Assembly: GCA_963514005.1 (NCBI GenBank)
Contig: OY740797.1
Span: 23,250,001 to 23,314,000, forward strand
DNA from: Raja brachyura
Taxonomy: Eukaryota
DNA length: 64,000 bases
Direction of reading: 5' to 3'
This document shows, piece after piece, positions 49,257 to 62,171 of the stretch. The position numbers and the translations under genes were made by a program. The first letter of the stretch is position 1, and each line of letters opens with the position of its first letter. The notes beneath the pieces were generated by a model. The model ran no database searches. It was not told the origin of the DNA and saw nothing but the letters and a program-made list of their open reading frames with translations.

Positions 49257-52091
49257 TTAATGTAGTTGTAGAAACTCGTTAGATTTCCCTTTACTTTATC
49301 TGCCAAAGCTGTCTCACGTAGCATGTAAACATATTAAATAGAATCAGAAAATCTGTAACAGAATCTTCCTTTTCATATGTATATCCATTTCAAAGTGGAA
49401 AATTTCTGTATCACCTTCTACTGCCCTTTCAGGAAGTACATTCCAAATTATAACAGCTCAATGTATCAAAAAATATTCATCCCCCCACTTAGTTCTCTTG
49501 TTGTTTATCTTTAATCTGAATCCTTTGTTTACTGAACCTCTTGCTTCTGAAGGCAGTTTCTCCTTTTTTATTCAGTCAAACCCTTCATTATTTTGAATAA
49601 TTTCAGGGATAATGTAAGAGTCAAGAGTGTTTTATTGTCATATGTCCCGGATGGGACAATGAAATTCTTACTTGCTGCAGCACAACAGAATATGTGAATA
49701 TGTGAACATAGTACATAACGGAGGAAGAGAAAAAAACCCAATAAATAATAAATATAGTGCAATATATCAGCTTCTTCAGAACTCCAAATAACTGAACCCT
49801 AATGAGTCTCCTCAAAATTTCTTCCAAGGCAAATGTGGTGCCCAAAACTCAGTGCTTCATAAAGATTTAGAAAACCTAACTTGCTTTTTTAGAGTTGCAG
49901 AGGTGTATAACATAGAAACAATGCCCCCTCCAGCATCAATGCCAATCCTCACGCTTCTCTCTACTAATCCCACTTACCTGCATTAATTCCATATCCCTCT
50001 ATGTCCTGCTCAGTCAATTACCTATGCAGATATCTCTTGAATACCGTTACAGTTCCTGCCTCCACCACCTCCTGCGTCTGGCACCTCATTCCAAATGCCA
50101 ACTACCCTTTGTATGAAACATGTACCCGTCAGATCCATTTGAAACGTCCTTCCTCTTACCTTGAGTCATTGCACTAAAATGAGACACTTCTACCATGAGG
50201 AAACAGACTCTGGCCTCTCATTATTTTATATACCTCTATCATATTTCTCAGCCTTCTTCACTCTTGGGGAAAGTAGATCCAGCCTATCCAATCTTTCCTC
50301 ATACCTCAAGTCCTCCAGTCCTGGCTCCATTTCTAGCATCCTTGTGAATCTTTTTTGCAGCCTCTTTGGCTTAATTACATTCTTCCTGGCAACCAGAACT
50401 GAACACCTTGACTTCCTTGTGATCACATTTCTTTTGATATCCACTTGGAATATATTCAATGATTCCACTTCCACAGCTTTCTGTGGTACAGAATTTCACA
50501 GCATCACAGTTCCCCAAAGGAAGAAATTGCTCTCTCTCTTCCCTTTTTGAATGGGTGATTCCTTATTCTGAAAATATGCCCTCCTAGTTCTAGGTACCCC
50601 AACAAGGGGAAACATCCTATCAGCATCTATTTGATGTGGATGTGGAGAGGCTGTCAGTGTATATATTTGAATGCTGAGATAGATAGATTCTTGATTCCTA
50701 CAGGTATCCGAGGTTATGGGGAGAAGGCAGCAGAATGGGGTTAAGAGCGAGAGATAGATCAGCCATGATTGAATGGCGGAATAGACTTGATGGGCTGAAT
50801 GGCCTGATTCTACTCCTATCACCTATGGCCCTATGCCCTATTTGTCACTCATCCATAGAATTTTTGTTTCAATTAGGTTACTATGTAGGCACAACTTACT
50901 CAACCTTTCTTCATAAGTAAATTCAGCATGCACGTTCTTTCATAAATATATATAGTAAAACTGAACACAGTAGTCCTGGCATGGTCTCGTCAAAATATCC
51001 CTATTTTTATACCATACCTATTGAAATAGAGATCTATATTCCAATAGTCCTTGTAATTACTTGTATGCTAAACTACTGTTGTTTAATGTACCAAGGTCCC
51101 CCGATCCCTCTGCAACATAACATTTTGTATTCTCACTCCATTTAAATAATATTTGCCTTTTCGTTCTTCCTTCCAACATGGATAATCTTATATTTTCTCA
51201 CATTATACTCCATCTGTAAATTTCTTCCCCATTAAATTAACCTGTCAATACTTGAACACCTGATGTAATTCCTTTGCTTTCTTTGTGCTAGTGATCCAGA
51301 ACCCTGGCATAGATACCAACCAGCGTTATTGTTTTATTGTGTATGATTGGCAACTTTTAAATATCAGGAACAGAACAGTGTAGGCTAGAAATGTCAAGTC
51401 CTTGCCTAGTTTGTGGAGTCTATTAGTTTCCTTCTGTGGGTGGATGTAAATATTAGGCGTAATTTAATTCCCTATAAATTCAATATTTGTATCATCAAGT
51501 TGTTGCCAAAGATCACATGGAAAAACTGGTTACATGAATGAGTATGGCTCTTGGAGTAATTATATTAATCCTGTGCTCTACCTTGATTTTCCCATCACTT
51601 ACCTACACTGGGACAAAATTACAATAACCACATTAACTTGGAAATAAATTATCTAAGAGATGACATAGAAATGGGTTCTGAATTTCGATTTACAGTGATT
51701 TATAACACTGAGATTATGAATATTTTGTAACAGTTAAGACAATTGCCCAGGAATGGGATGGACTTAGTGGCTGGGAACATGAATGTGATGGGGCCCAATT
51801 TAGCTAGAGATAAATTATTTTTAATTATTGTACGAGATCTAAAGTGATTACCATGGCCAATGATAGTGACAATAATTAAGGAAGCCCTTAACAAGTGGTG
51901 CATAGATGCAGAATTCAGTATTTACATGAAGTTAAATTCACAAAATTAAATACAAGATGAAATGCACCCAGCACATTATAATAATATAATTGTGTTAACA
52001 AACCAGGCCAGATCTCTGTGTGCAATGTGTTAAAATTGTTCAAGTATGACTTACAAAAATTGGGGCCAGGTCCTGGAAATGCATCCAGTTT

Positions 52092-52900
52092 TGATCCCAT
52101 CTCCACCCCTTTCTGCTTTGCGCCGAGACTGTTCCCTCCGCAACTCCTTGGTTCACTCATCCCTTCCCACCCAAACCTCACTTTCCTCAGGGACTTTCCC
52201 CTGCAACCTCAGGAGTTGCAACAATTGTGCTTATCCCTCGACTTCATCCAAGGACCATGACAGTTATTTCAGGTGAGGTAGAGGTTTACTTGCACCTCCT
52301 CCAACCTCATGTACTGTATCGAGTGTTCCCGGTGTGTGCTCCTACATATCAGCGAGACCAAACGTAGTCTTGCCGATCATTTTGCTGAATATTTACGCTC
52401 AGTCTGTCTTGGTCTCCCGGTTGTCAAACATTTAAACTCCCTTTCCCATTCCCATATTGGCCTTTCTATCCTGGGCCTCCTCCAATATCACAGTGAGGCC
52501 ACATGGAAATTGGAGGAACAGCAACTGATATTTCAATTGGGGGCAGCTTACAACCCAGCGGTATGAACGTTGATTTCTCTAATTCCAATTAACTCTTGCA
52601 TTCCATCCCCACTCACCCTTCTCCCCAACCCTAGCCTAGTCGTCCTACGAATTCCACTGTTCATATCCTTGTATCCCTCTCGTTAGAACATCTCCCAGCC
52701 AACAATAGGCCATTATGGACTCCACCTTTCCTGAGGTGATCTGTTGCCTGCCCTGATTTGCTCTGGCTTTTGCTTGCCTTCAGTCCCCCCCCTCCCCCAA
52801 TCTTTCAATCTGAAGAAGGGTTCCAACCAGAAATGTCACCTATACCTTTTCTCCAGAGATGTTGCCAGACCTGCTGAGTTACGCCAGCATTTTGTGTCTA
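52092..52900 (+). mobile_element. Penelope-like element 3' part: GIY-YIG endonuclease plus terminal repeat
   Basis: GTFPCN..C..C, FTCTSSNLMYCIECSRC..HISETKRSLADHFAEYLRSV..KLEEQQLIFQLG; hammerhead-like core ctgaaga...gaaatgtc at 52810-52837. Confidence 0.88.
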
Positions 52901-53329
52901 TATCCAATTTTGATCATCTTACGAATGCTGATGCTTATGAATGGTGATGCAGGGACCTAGAATTGATCTTAGCTTCATGGTGTTTGCATAAAGATTTCCC
53001 ATTTTCCCTGTGACAGTCCAATTTCCTCCTAATTCCCACTGCAAATTGCCCCATAATATATAGATACGTCAGAAAAGAATCAAAGAGTTGAGAGGCATGT
53101 GAGAGAGAATGAGTTGCAGGGAGAGGGGGGAATTGGACTTGGTAAGGGCCCAATGGGCTTGTTTTGTATCACAAATAGTAATTATTATTTAATAGTAATT
53201 AAATTAAATTGGCCCAGAGGCCAATTCCTGAACATCTGTGTTTTAGGTTGTGATTAATTGCCTGCAGCTATATGTTGCGAAAGAGAGATGACAAATGAAT
53301 GTTTTATATGTATCACCTTCCTTGATTTT

Positions 53330-53620
53330 AGATACCTTGGTTTACTTTACACACAACTAAATGCATTCATTATTGTAATATAGGAAATATTGCAGCCAAT
53401 TGGTACATGTGCAAGCTGCCAAAATGGCTGGATGATCTCTATGTGTTGGTTTAAGGAGAACTCTGTCCGTACTTCCGGAAAATGCCATGGGTTCTCTTAT
53501 GTCTACCCAAGAAAGCAGGCAGCTTCAGTTTAACCAAAAAACACCCCCAGCAACTGTTCCCAAGATTGGCCCCAAAAAATCTGTTTTATATCTTGAAATG
53601 CAGACTATTGCAACCTGACA
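53330..53620 (-). mobile_element. DeuSINE-like remnant
   Basis: ttgtaatataggaaatattgcagccaatt...ggagaactc...aatgccatgggttctcttatgtctaccc...gcaggcagcttcagtttaac matches the Deu-domain layout from memory. Confidence 0.6.
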
Positions 53621-56401
53621 TAAATTATGCTGAAAGAAAATACTAGCACTTTTTAACCCTCTTATTATGACACTTAAGGAGACCATTTAACCCATCAGGG
53701 TCATGCTAGTTCCCAGCAGAGCAATCCCATTGCTCATTTCTCTATAGCACCAAAACTGATTCTCTCTCACATGCACCCATTAACTACCATTTTTGATCCC
53801 ATTGCCAGGTATTTACAATAAGGAAAATGAAGGGTTAAACTACCACCACCACACCTTTGAAATGTGGTAGAAATCCAGGTCACCCCGCAGAAAGCTATGC
53901 AGTCAAAGGAAAATATGTGCAGATTCCACATAAATGTCACTTGAGGTCATGTTCACTGGCGCTGAGGCCATAGCAGTAACTGCTGTACTGCCTGGTTACT
54001 CCTGCATCGAGTCACTAGCATACCTGCTCCATACTGTGCATTATAAAGTCATTCCCAATCCAGGATGTGCCCACTCATCGCTTGTGCAAAGTGGAGTAGT
54101 TAAGTTCTGCCCTTCACATGCCTACTTAATAAACTCCTGGAGATATAACAGTCTCACTCTCCTTTTTTCGCTGGGAATGTGACTGATTGTGCTGTAATTG
54201 CTTTAGGCTGAATACCAGCAGAACCACCATGAAATTACAGAGCATGTTTTTAATATGAGAAGGCAGAATTGTGCAACAGCTTACTCAGCAGAGTATATAT
54301 TATGTAGCAGAATGTCTTGAATTGCTGCATAGGAGTGTTGTCAATCATAAGTTTGACTCTGAGCCCAGCACAAGAACATAACAAATCAAAGTGGGGGAAG
54401 GACATAGGGCCCGTGGAGCCTTCTGGCCCATGCATAAGATTATGAATTGAAAATTAGGTCAGAGTGGGAATGAGCTGAGAAATTCTTGGAAGTAAATCTC
54501 AAACTGAAGTACAGTTAATTTTAATATTTAACACTACTTTAAAACCCATTAAAAAAACCTTTATGTTTATCAACAGTTAATGCTATGGACCAATTCTGCT
54601 CATTAATGGCAGCTCGCAGATAATTAGCTGTGGGTGTTTGTCTCAATAGGGGGTAATTAGGGAATTGAGACATTCGTGTGACTTGGGTTGCCAAGAAAAT
54701 TGTGCACAGCTTATCCAATTGAAAATTAATTTTATCCCTCCCAGCGTGAAATGTAGCAACAACTACTTCCAGGTCAGTTCTACCCCCTGAAAACCATATC
54801 AGGGATGCACTGAATCACAAGGCTTCTTGGACAATGCTCCTTTGAGAGAGTTGTGGGAGTACTTGAACCAAGTTTTCTAAGGAACATTTATCTATGGGTG
54901 CTTCCTGGCTCTTAGCATATATGTAACAGCATGGAACTGCGGCCAAATATGAAACGGTAATTAGTGGCCATTATAGTGCACGGCTACTGTACCCTTTCAA
55001 ATACACTGGAATTTTGGGCAGCTGTTTGTGCTGCTGCAGAATGGTGACCACATAGAGTAATCTTCAGCAAATGCTTCTTAGATGGAATGGGAGTTAGTCA
55101 GAGAGGAAGATTGTGCAGGGGGATGGGTGGTGCTACGTGTCTCCATGACATGGTGGTTAATGTCAATGTAAGACTCAAAATACATTTTGTCTTGTGCATC
55201 ACAAATAAGTATGGTTATTGTACAAATAAAAACCTATGTAACAGATGAAAAAATGCAGATATTTCAAATTAAATTAAGGCAGAGGAGGACTGTGCAAGAG
55301 CTGCAACGTGCAGGAATTGTGCAGTTGAAGACTGTCTCAAGTGAACACATGTGCAGTTATATTTCCATCTCAAATCATTAAATCTTTGTAGGTTTGAGTT
55401 AACGATGAAAGCAAGTATGACCCCTTTTAATACGTAAAGGATGGATAAGTGCATCCAGGTAATTTGCTCCAGACCTTAATTATATTTTCTGGAGAGTTTA
55501 GTTTAGTTTAAAGATACTGTGTAGAAGCAGGCCCTTCGGCCCACCGAGTCCACACTGACCAATGATCACCCATGCACTGGTTCAATCCTGCACACGAGGG
55601 GAAACAAGGAAATATAGGACGATGGGATGGATGAGAACATATGAAGGTGTGGGGGATGGGGCATGGTGACAGGGTGGGTGGCAGAGATAGGTGAGGGTGA
55701 GGGCAGGGGATAGAGAGGGTTGGGGTTAATGGGTGTATTGCTTGAACTTGGAGAATTCAATGTTCATACCGTTGGACAGTAAGCTACCCAAGTGGAATAT
55801 GAGGTGCTGTTCTTCCAGTTTATATGTGGCCTCACTCTAGCAATGGAAGAAGCCCAGGGCAGAAAGGAAGCTCCTGTTGACGAACCATTTAAACTCCCCT
55901 TTCCAATCACATGCCAACAAACGTTAAAGGGGAAGGATTAGTAAGTGAAACCTGAGAACCAGGACTGCCATAATGGACTGAAAAGTCTGTTTTTATACTG
56001 TAACCATTTTTAACTCTACAAAAGATTGTTTGTCAGACCACAGGAAAGCTTACAGCACAATTCCCTGTAGGTACTAGATCTACTGAATCTGCTCCACCAT
56101 TAGATCAAGGCTGATCTATCTTTTCCTCTTCAACCCCAAGATTCTGCTATCTTCTCCCCATATAATTTGACGTCCTTACTAAGCTAGAACCTATCAATCA
56201 CCACTTTAAAAATATTTAATGACTTGGCCTCCAACGTCATCCGTGGCAATGAATTCCATGAACATTCTCCACCCTCTGGTTAAAAACATTTAAAATTGCT
56301 CCAAATTAAAAACTGCTCACAACTGCTCACGTTTAAAACTGTTCCCAATATTTCAAATGTGGCCTGTCCGGCACCTTATAAAGACTCTCAGTATTACACT
56401 T

Positions 56402-56601
56402 NNNNNNNNNNNNNNNNNNNNNNNNNNNNNNNNNNNNNNNNNNNNNNNNNNNNNNNNNNNNNNNNNNNNNNNNNNNNNNNNNNNNNNNNNNNNNNNNNNN
56501 NNNNNNNNNNNNNNNNNNNNNNNNNNNNNNNNNNNNNNNNNNNNNNNNNNNNNNNNNNNNNNNNNNNNNNNNNNNNNNNNNNNNNNNNNNNNNNNNNNNN
56601 N
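56402..56601. other. Assembly gap (N run)
   Basis: Run of 200 N. Confidence 1.
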
Positions 56602-58265
56602 AAATCCATCAGGAAGGATGCGAGCATAAGAGGAGTGACACTGCCCGGCAGTGGGGGCATTCAAGTAAAGACCTCCCTGTACATGGACGATGTCGCTGTC
56701 TTCTGCTCGGTTCCAGGGTCGGTCCGCAGACTGATTAGTATCTGCGACCAGTTTGAGTTGGCCACGGGAGCCAGGGTGAACCGCAGGAAGAGCGAGCCCA
56801 TGCTCTTTGGCAACTGGCCTGACAGATCTTCCGTCCTCTTCACCATCAAGCCTGACTTCTTGAAGGTGCTGGGGATCTGGTTCGGAGGGGGGGGCTGAGG
56901 CGTATAACAGGAATTGGCTGGAGCAGGTAGCCAGGGTGGGGAGGAAGCTGGAGCTGTGGAGGCAAAGCTCCCTTTACATAACGGGAAAGAATTTGGTCAT
57001 CAAGTGTGAGGTGCTCTCGGGGCTGCTGTAATTGGCAACAGTGTGGCCTGCCCCTCCATCCTACGCCACAGGGATCACCCGGGCCGTCATCTGGGGATCG
57101 AGGATGGACCGGGTGCGACTGGCCACAATGTACAAGTCAGCAGACAACGGGGGTAAAAGCGTGCCCAACGTCGCCCTCACCCTCACCCTCACCCTGATGG
57201 CCACCTTCGTGTGTGTAGAGCCAAGGCACGTGGGCACCAAGTGTCAATACCTGCTGAGGTTCTACCTGTCCCTGGTGTTGCGAAGAATGGGCCTGGCGCA
57301 GATGCCACGTAATGTGCCAGTCAGCTGGACATTGCCGCCCCATCTGTCGTCTGTGAAAAGATTCTTCCGGACCAACACCTTTGACCACATGTCCATTGGA
57401 CAGTGGTCAGCACAGAATGTCCTGCAGGCACTGCAGGGAAAGGACTCGATGGATTCGGTGGCGTGGTTCCCTGAGCAGACTGCCCAGCTTGTCTGGCAAA
57501 ATGCCTCATCGCCAGAACTCACCAACAAGCACCAAGACCTGGCTTGGCTGGCGGTGAGGGGAGCCCTCCCAGTCAGATCCTTCCTGCACCGTCGGAACCT
57601 CACTGCCAGCGGACGCTGCCCTCGGTGTGGCTGCTATGGAGAGGAGACGGTTGCCCACCTCTTTGCAGAGTGTGGATTTGCTCAAAGAGCCTGGAGAAAA
57701 ATGCAAGGGTCCCTGGTACACTTTATTCCGAACAGCTCCGTCACAGAGGACTCTGTGATTTACGGACTGTTCCCAGCGACACATTCAGAGACTGACATCG
57801 AATGCTGCTGGAGGGTCATCAACTCGGTGAAAGACACTCTTTGGTCTGCCTGAGCGTTGTTCACCACCCAGCAGAGCGAGATGTCCGTCAGGGAATGTTG
57901 CCGACTGGCCCGCTGCAGACTGCAGGAGTATGTGCTGAGGGACGCACTGAAGCTCGGTGCAGCCAACGCCAAGGCTCGGTGGGGGAGGGTCACAGTCTAG
58001 GGTCCTTCCGCTGCTGGACATGGGGGGGCAAGGTGTGGTGGAGACGCCCCTAAACATAAGGGAAGGTATCCCATGCCAGTGGGCCACATGAGTGACACGG
58101 GTGGGGGACACATTTGTGAAATTTGGGGAAAAGAAATGTATAAACTGGATTGATCAATTTGTATAGCCTCCGAAAATGTCGGATGGATTTTCCGCAAGGT
58201 TCATGTATTGTATATATTTATCATTTGAATAAAGTCTATTTTGAAATTAAAATTTTTTTAAAAAA
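56602..58265 (+). mobile_element. Tx1-clade LINE, ORF2 RT C-half and zinc finger, 3' UTR and A tail
   Basis: IRGVTLPGSGGIQVKTSLYMDDVAVF, KVLGIWF, QDLAWLAVRGALPVRSFLHRRNL..CPRCGC.GEETVAHLFAEC; AATAAA at ~58228 and A-rich end; few frameshifts. Confidence 0.93.
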
Positions 58266-58975
58266 GGATCGAGCGGAGATGTTTGGCGAAACGATCGGCA
58301 AGCCTCCGCTTGGTCTCACCGATATAGATCAGCTGGCATCTAGAGCAGCGGATGCAGTAGATGAGGTTGGAGGAGGTGCAGGTGAACCTCTGTTGGACCT
58401 GGAAGGACTGCTTGGGTTCCTGAAAGGAATGGAGGGAGGAGGTAAAGGGACAAGTGTAGCATCTCTTGCGGTTGCAAGGGAAAGTGCCCTGGGAAGGGGT
58501 GGAGTGGGAGGGAAGGGTAGAATTGACAAGGGAGTTGCGGAGGGAGCGGTCTTTGCGGAAGGGGGGGAGATGGGAAGATGTGTCGAGTGGTGGGGTCACG
58601 TTGGAGGTGGCGAAACTGGCGGAGGACTAGGTGTTGTATGTGCCGGCTGGTGGGGTGAAAGGTGAGGACCAGGGGAAAGGGGACTCTGCCCTTGTTGTGA
58701 GTGGGGGAATGGGGAGAGAGGGCAGTGTTGCGGGGTATGGAGGAGACCCTGGTGTGAGCCTCATCTATAGTGGGGGAGGGGAATCCACGTTCTTTGAAAA
58801 ATGAGGACATTTGTGATGACCTGGTGTGGAACACCTCATCCTGGGAGCAGATGCGGCGTAGACGGAGGAATTGGGAATAGGGGATGGAGTCCTTACAGGA
58901 AGCAGGGTGGGAGGAAGAGTAGTCCAGGTAGCTGTGGGAGTCAGTTGGTTTGTAGTGGATGTCGGTCAGGAGTGT
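58266..58975 (-). mobile_element. Penelope-like element (RT thumb plus GIY-YIG)
   Basis: DIHYKPTDSHSYLDYSSSHPASCKDSIPYSQFLRLRRICS and FTCTSSNLIYCIRCSRCQLIYIGETKRRLADRFAKHLRS; cut off by the Tx1 tail. Confidence 0.95.
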
Positions 58976-60594
58976 ATCACCTGCAAAACCATGCTGACTT
59001 TGGCCTATTTTATCATGAGTTTCCAAGCACCCAAAACCTCATCCTTAACAATGGACTTTGAGAAGCAACAATATAAAGCAGAGAGTATAATTCCAAATGG
59101 GGTTAAATAATATAGCTTAGTTAACTGTTAGTGGCATAACAAGTAATTAATTAGTTTAAAACACATATGGGTTCCCAGATTTTCTGAATAGAGACAGAGT
59201 ACAGGAGCAAAGTCACGATGCATCTTTATAAGATTCTCTTTTAGCCACAATTGGGTTATTGCCAATTCTTAGAAAATATGTGAAGTATTTGGAGAGATTT
59301 CCCAAAATGATTCAAAGTTTTTTAATCTAAGGAAGGAAGAGCGAAATGGGCCTGTTCATTTTTGTTTGGAACAGAAAGGTGCAAGATAATCGGACAGTGA
59401 CATTTAAAACATGAAAGATAGAAACAGAGTATTTGGAAATAATCTAGCCCCAATGCCAGAGGAATAAAGAACTTTGTAATGTAGAAACAAGGTGATTGAT
59501 AAAAGAACTAACAGTGATAGATGGGAATTTTTTTTTATGCAGGGAACGGCTAGGGTGTGTAATGCCTGGCTGGGGTTAACAACGGAGGAAGAATCGATTG
59601 CAAAACAAGATGGATAAGTAACTGAAAGGAAAGAATTTGCAAGACTGTTAGAAGAGGGCAGAGGAGGGGATCCAATTGGATTAATCATATTGAGTAATTA
59701 CAGACACAATGCGCCAAATGGCCTTCTTCCCATCTATAATCTTCCACGATTCTGTGTGAAATAGGAGATTGACTGCGTAAGCACTGGAGTAATCAGTAAA
59801 TGCAGAGGAGGCACAGTTTGGCAACCTTGGTGATGAGGCTAAGGCAAACAAAGAAAACAAATTAATGTTTAAAAAGAACTGGAATGAATTCCTATTGAAA
59901 AAAGTAAGGAACAAAACAGAAATCTGGAAAAAAAAACCAAAACTGAATTATTCAACAGATCAAGCATCATCTGTGTAGTGAGAAAGCGTTAATATTTCAG
60001 GTCATGACCTGAACCTGTTGTTAGAAAATTGAAAGTGTTTGTAAGATGATCAAATAGTTTATATTTTATTTAACTAGTCTCATTGGCTAGTTGCAATTGT
60101 GCAACTTATGGAATTGTTACTTTCCACGAATTTCTGAGATTATAATGATTATTTAAGATTCCAAATGTCAGTGGTGGTTTGATGTTTTTAATGGGGCTCA
60201 ACACAGGCTCCAATATACTGCAGAAACGTTGATGTAGTCAAGACAACTGTAGGGTTAATGATGTACATCATTGCTGTGCAAATGGGTAGTAACAGCAGAC
60301 AAGGGGCAAATGCAAAGTTAAATTCCCAAATCCCAATGTTGTCACTTCATGATTAGTTTCATTCAACCAGCATTTCAGTCTGCCTTATTATTGAATGTAC
60401 TGATCAGTGTGAATTTGTTGTACTATATTTGCACGGTATACACAAACAAAACTCACGACAGAATGAGAACACTTGCCTCTTCAGTTTAGCAGCTTTTATA
60501 ACAATGTGATAAATACTAGCACATTGTAAATACCGTGGGACTGAAAATTAATTGTCAAAACCAAAGAATCAAATGCATTGATTGCTTTTGGAGA

Positions 60595-61630
60595 TTGTAT
60601 AGTCATACAGCAGAGAAACAAGGTCTTTGGCCCAACTTATCTATGCAGATCAAGATACCCCATCTAAGTTAGGCCCACCCGTCCACGTTTGATCCCTATC
60701 CCTCTGAACCTTTCCTATTCATGTACTTGATCCAAATGTTGTTATTGTTGTTTTTGTACCTGCCTCAAATACTTCCTCTGGCAGCTCGACTCATATACCC
60801 GCCACTATCTGGGTGAAAATGTTGCCTGTCAGGTGTACTCCACTTGTACTCCTGGATCCCTCTGCTCCACAACACTCCCTAGGGCCATACCATTCGCAGT
60901 GAATGTTCTACATAGTTCGACTTTGCAAAATGCGATACCTCACGCTTATCTGAATTTAAATCTATTAGCCTTTCCTCGGCACACTTGCCCAAATCTTTCC
61001 TCTTTCACCTTAACATTTATCTTCTATTTTTTGTTTCCACTACCTTGGCAAAAAGACTCTGTGCATTCACCCTATCTATTCCCCTCATGGTTTTATACGC
61101 TATAAGATCACTGCTGCGCTCCAAAGAATAAAGTCCTATCGTGCTCAGTCACTACGTATAGTTCAGGCCCTTGAGCCTTGGCAATATTCTCTTGAATCTA
61201 GTCTGGATCGTCTGGCATCTTTTCTATACAAAGATGAGGAATACATACTATACATCTTTCTTCAACAAAACTGAGCACAATACTCCCAATGCGGCATCAC
61301 CAACATTTTGTACACTGGCAATGTAACGTCCCAATTTCTATACTCAAATGCCTGAATGTCAGTATGCCAAAAGCCTACTTCACCACCTTGCCTACTTTTG
61401 ATGCCAATTTAGGAGACCTTGGCACTTGCACCAGAACCCTCTGCTCTACAACATTCTCTAGAGCCCTTCCATTCACAGTGAATGTCCTGCGCAATTCGAC
61501 TTTGCAGAATTCAATACCTCACACTTACCTGAATTAAAATCCATTAGTCAGTCGTCGGCCGACTGATTAAGATCCGAATGTAATTCTTGATAATCGTCTT
61601 CAGTGTCTACGATCCCAACTAGTGTCATCT
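60595..61630 (-). mobile_element. Decayed CR1 fragments with internal duplication
   Basis: CR1 3' UTR and RT pieces; ~60835-60990 recurs at ~61420-61550. Confidence 0.8.
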
Positions 61631-62171
61631 GTATTTTAAATATTTTGTTTAAAGAATTATTTCATCTTTACTGGTTTTCTCTTCTGAATCATTCTTTTCC
61701 TGTCTTTATTTTTCTTTCTCAAAATTAATTAACATTAAATTAATTAAATATAATTTGTATTTGATTTTAACATGAAAGAGTTCATCGCTATTAGGTAGGG
61801 TTACCTTGCATGATGGGATACTTGACCATTTCTGTATTCTTGCTTAAATGCTTATGTAGCTTTAAAACTACTGGACTGAGGAAATATACTGCTGACTCAT
61901 GTTGCTGAAAACTAAAATACTGCTGGTGCCTCGTATGGGGGTAACTAATAACTGAAATACTACTGACTCATGTAGATGTGACCGAAACTTGCAATCCTTG
62001 GAAAAATCCCAGAACAGAATATGTCTGGGATAAGCAAACTGCAGAGCGGCAGTTGACTGAACTGATGTACATAATTCACTGTTCCACAGAAGATAAGATA
62101 ACAGTCACTGGAACATATGTCAGCAGTTGTTTCTTGGAAGTGCTCCTCGGCACTTTTGGAAAAATGACTTA

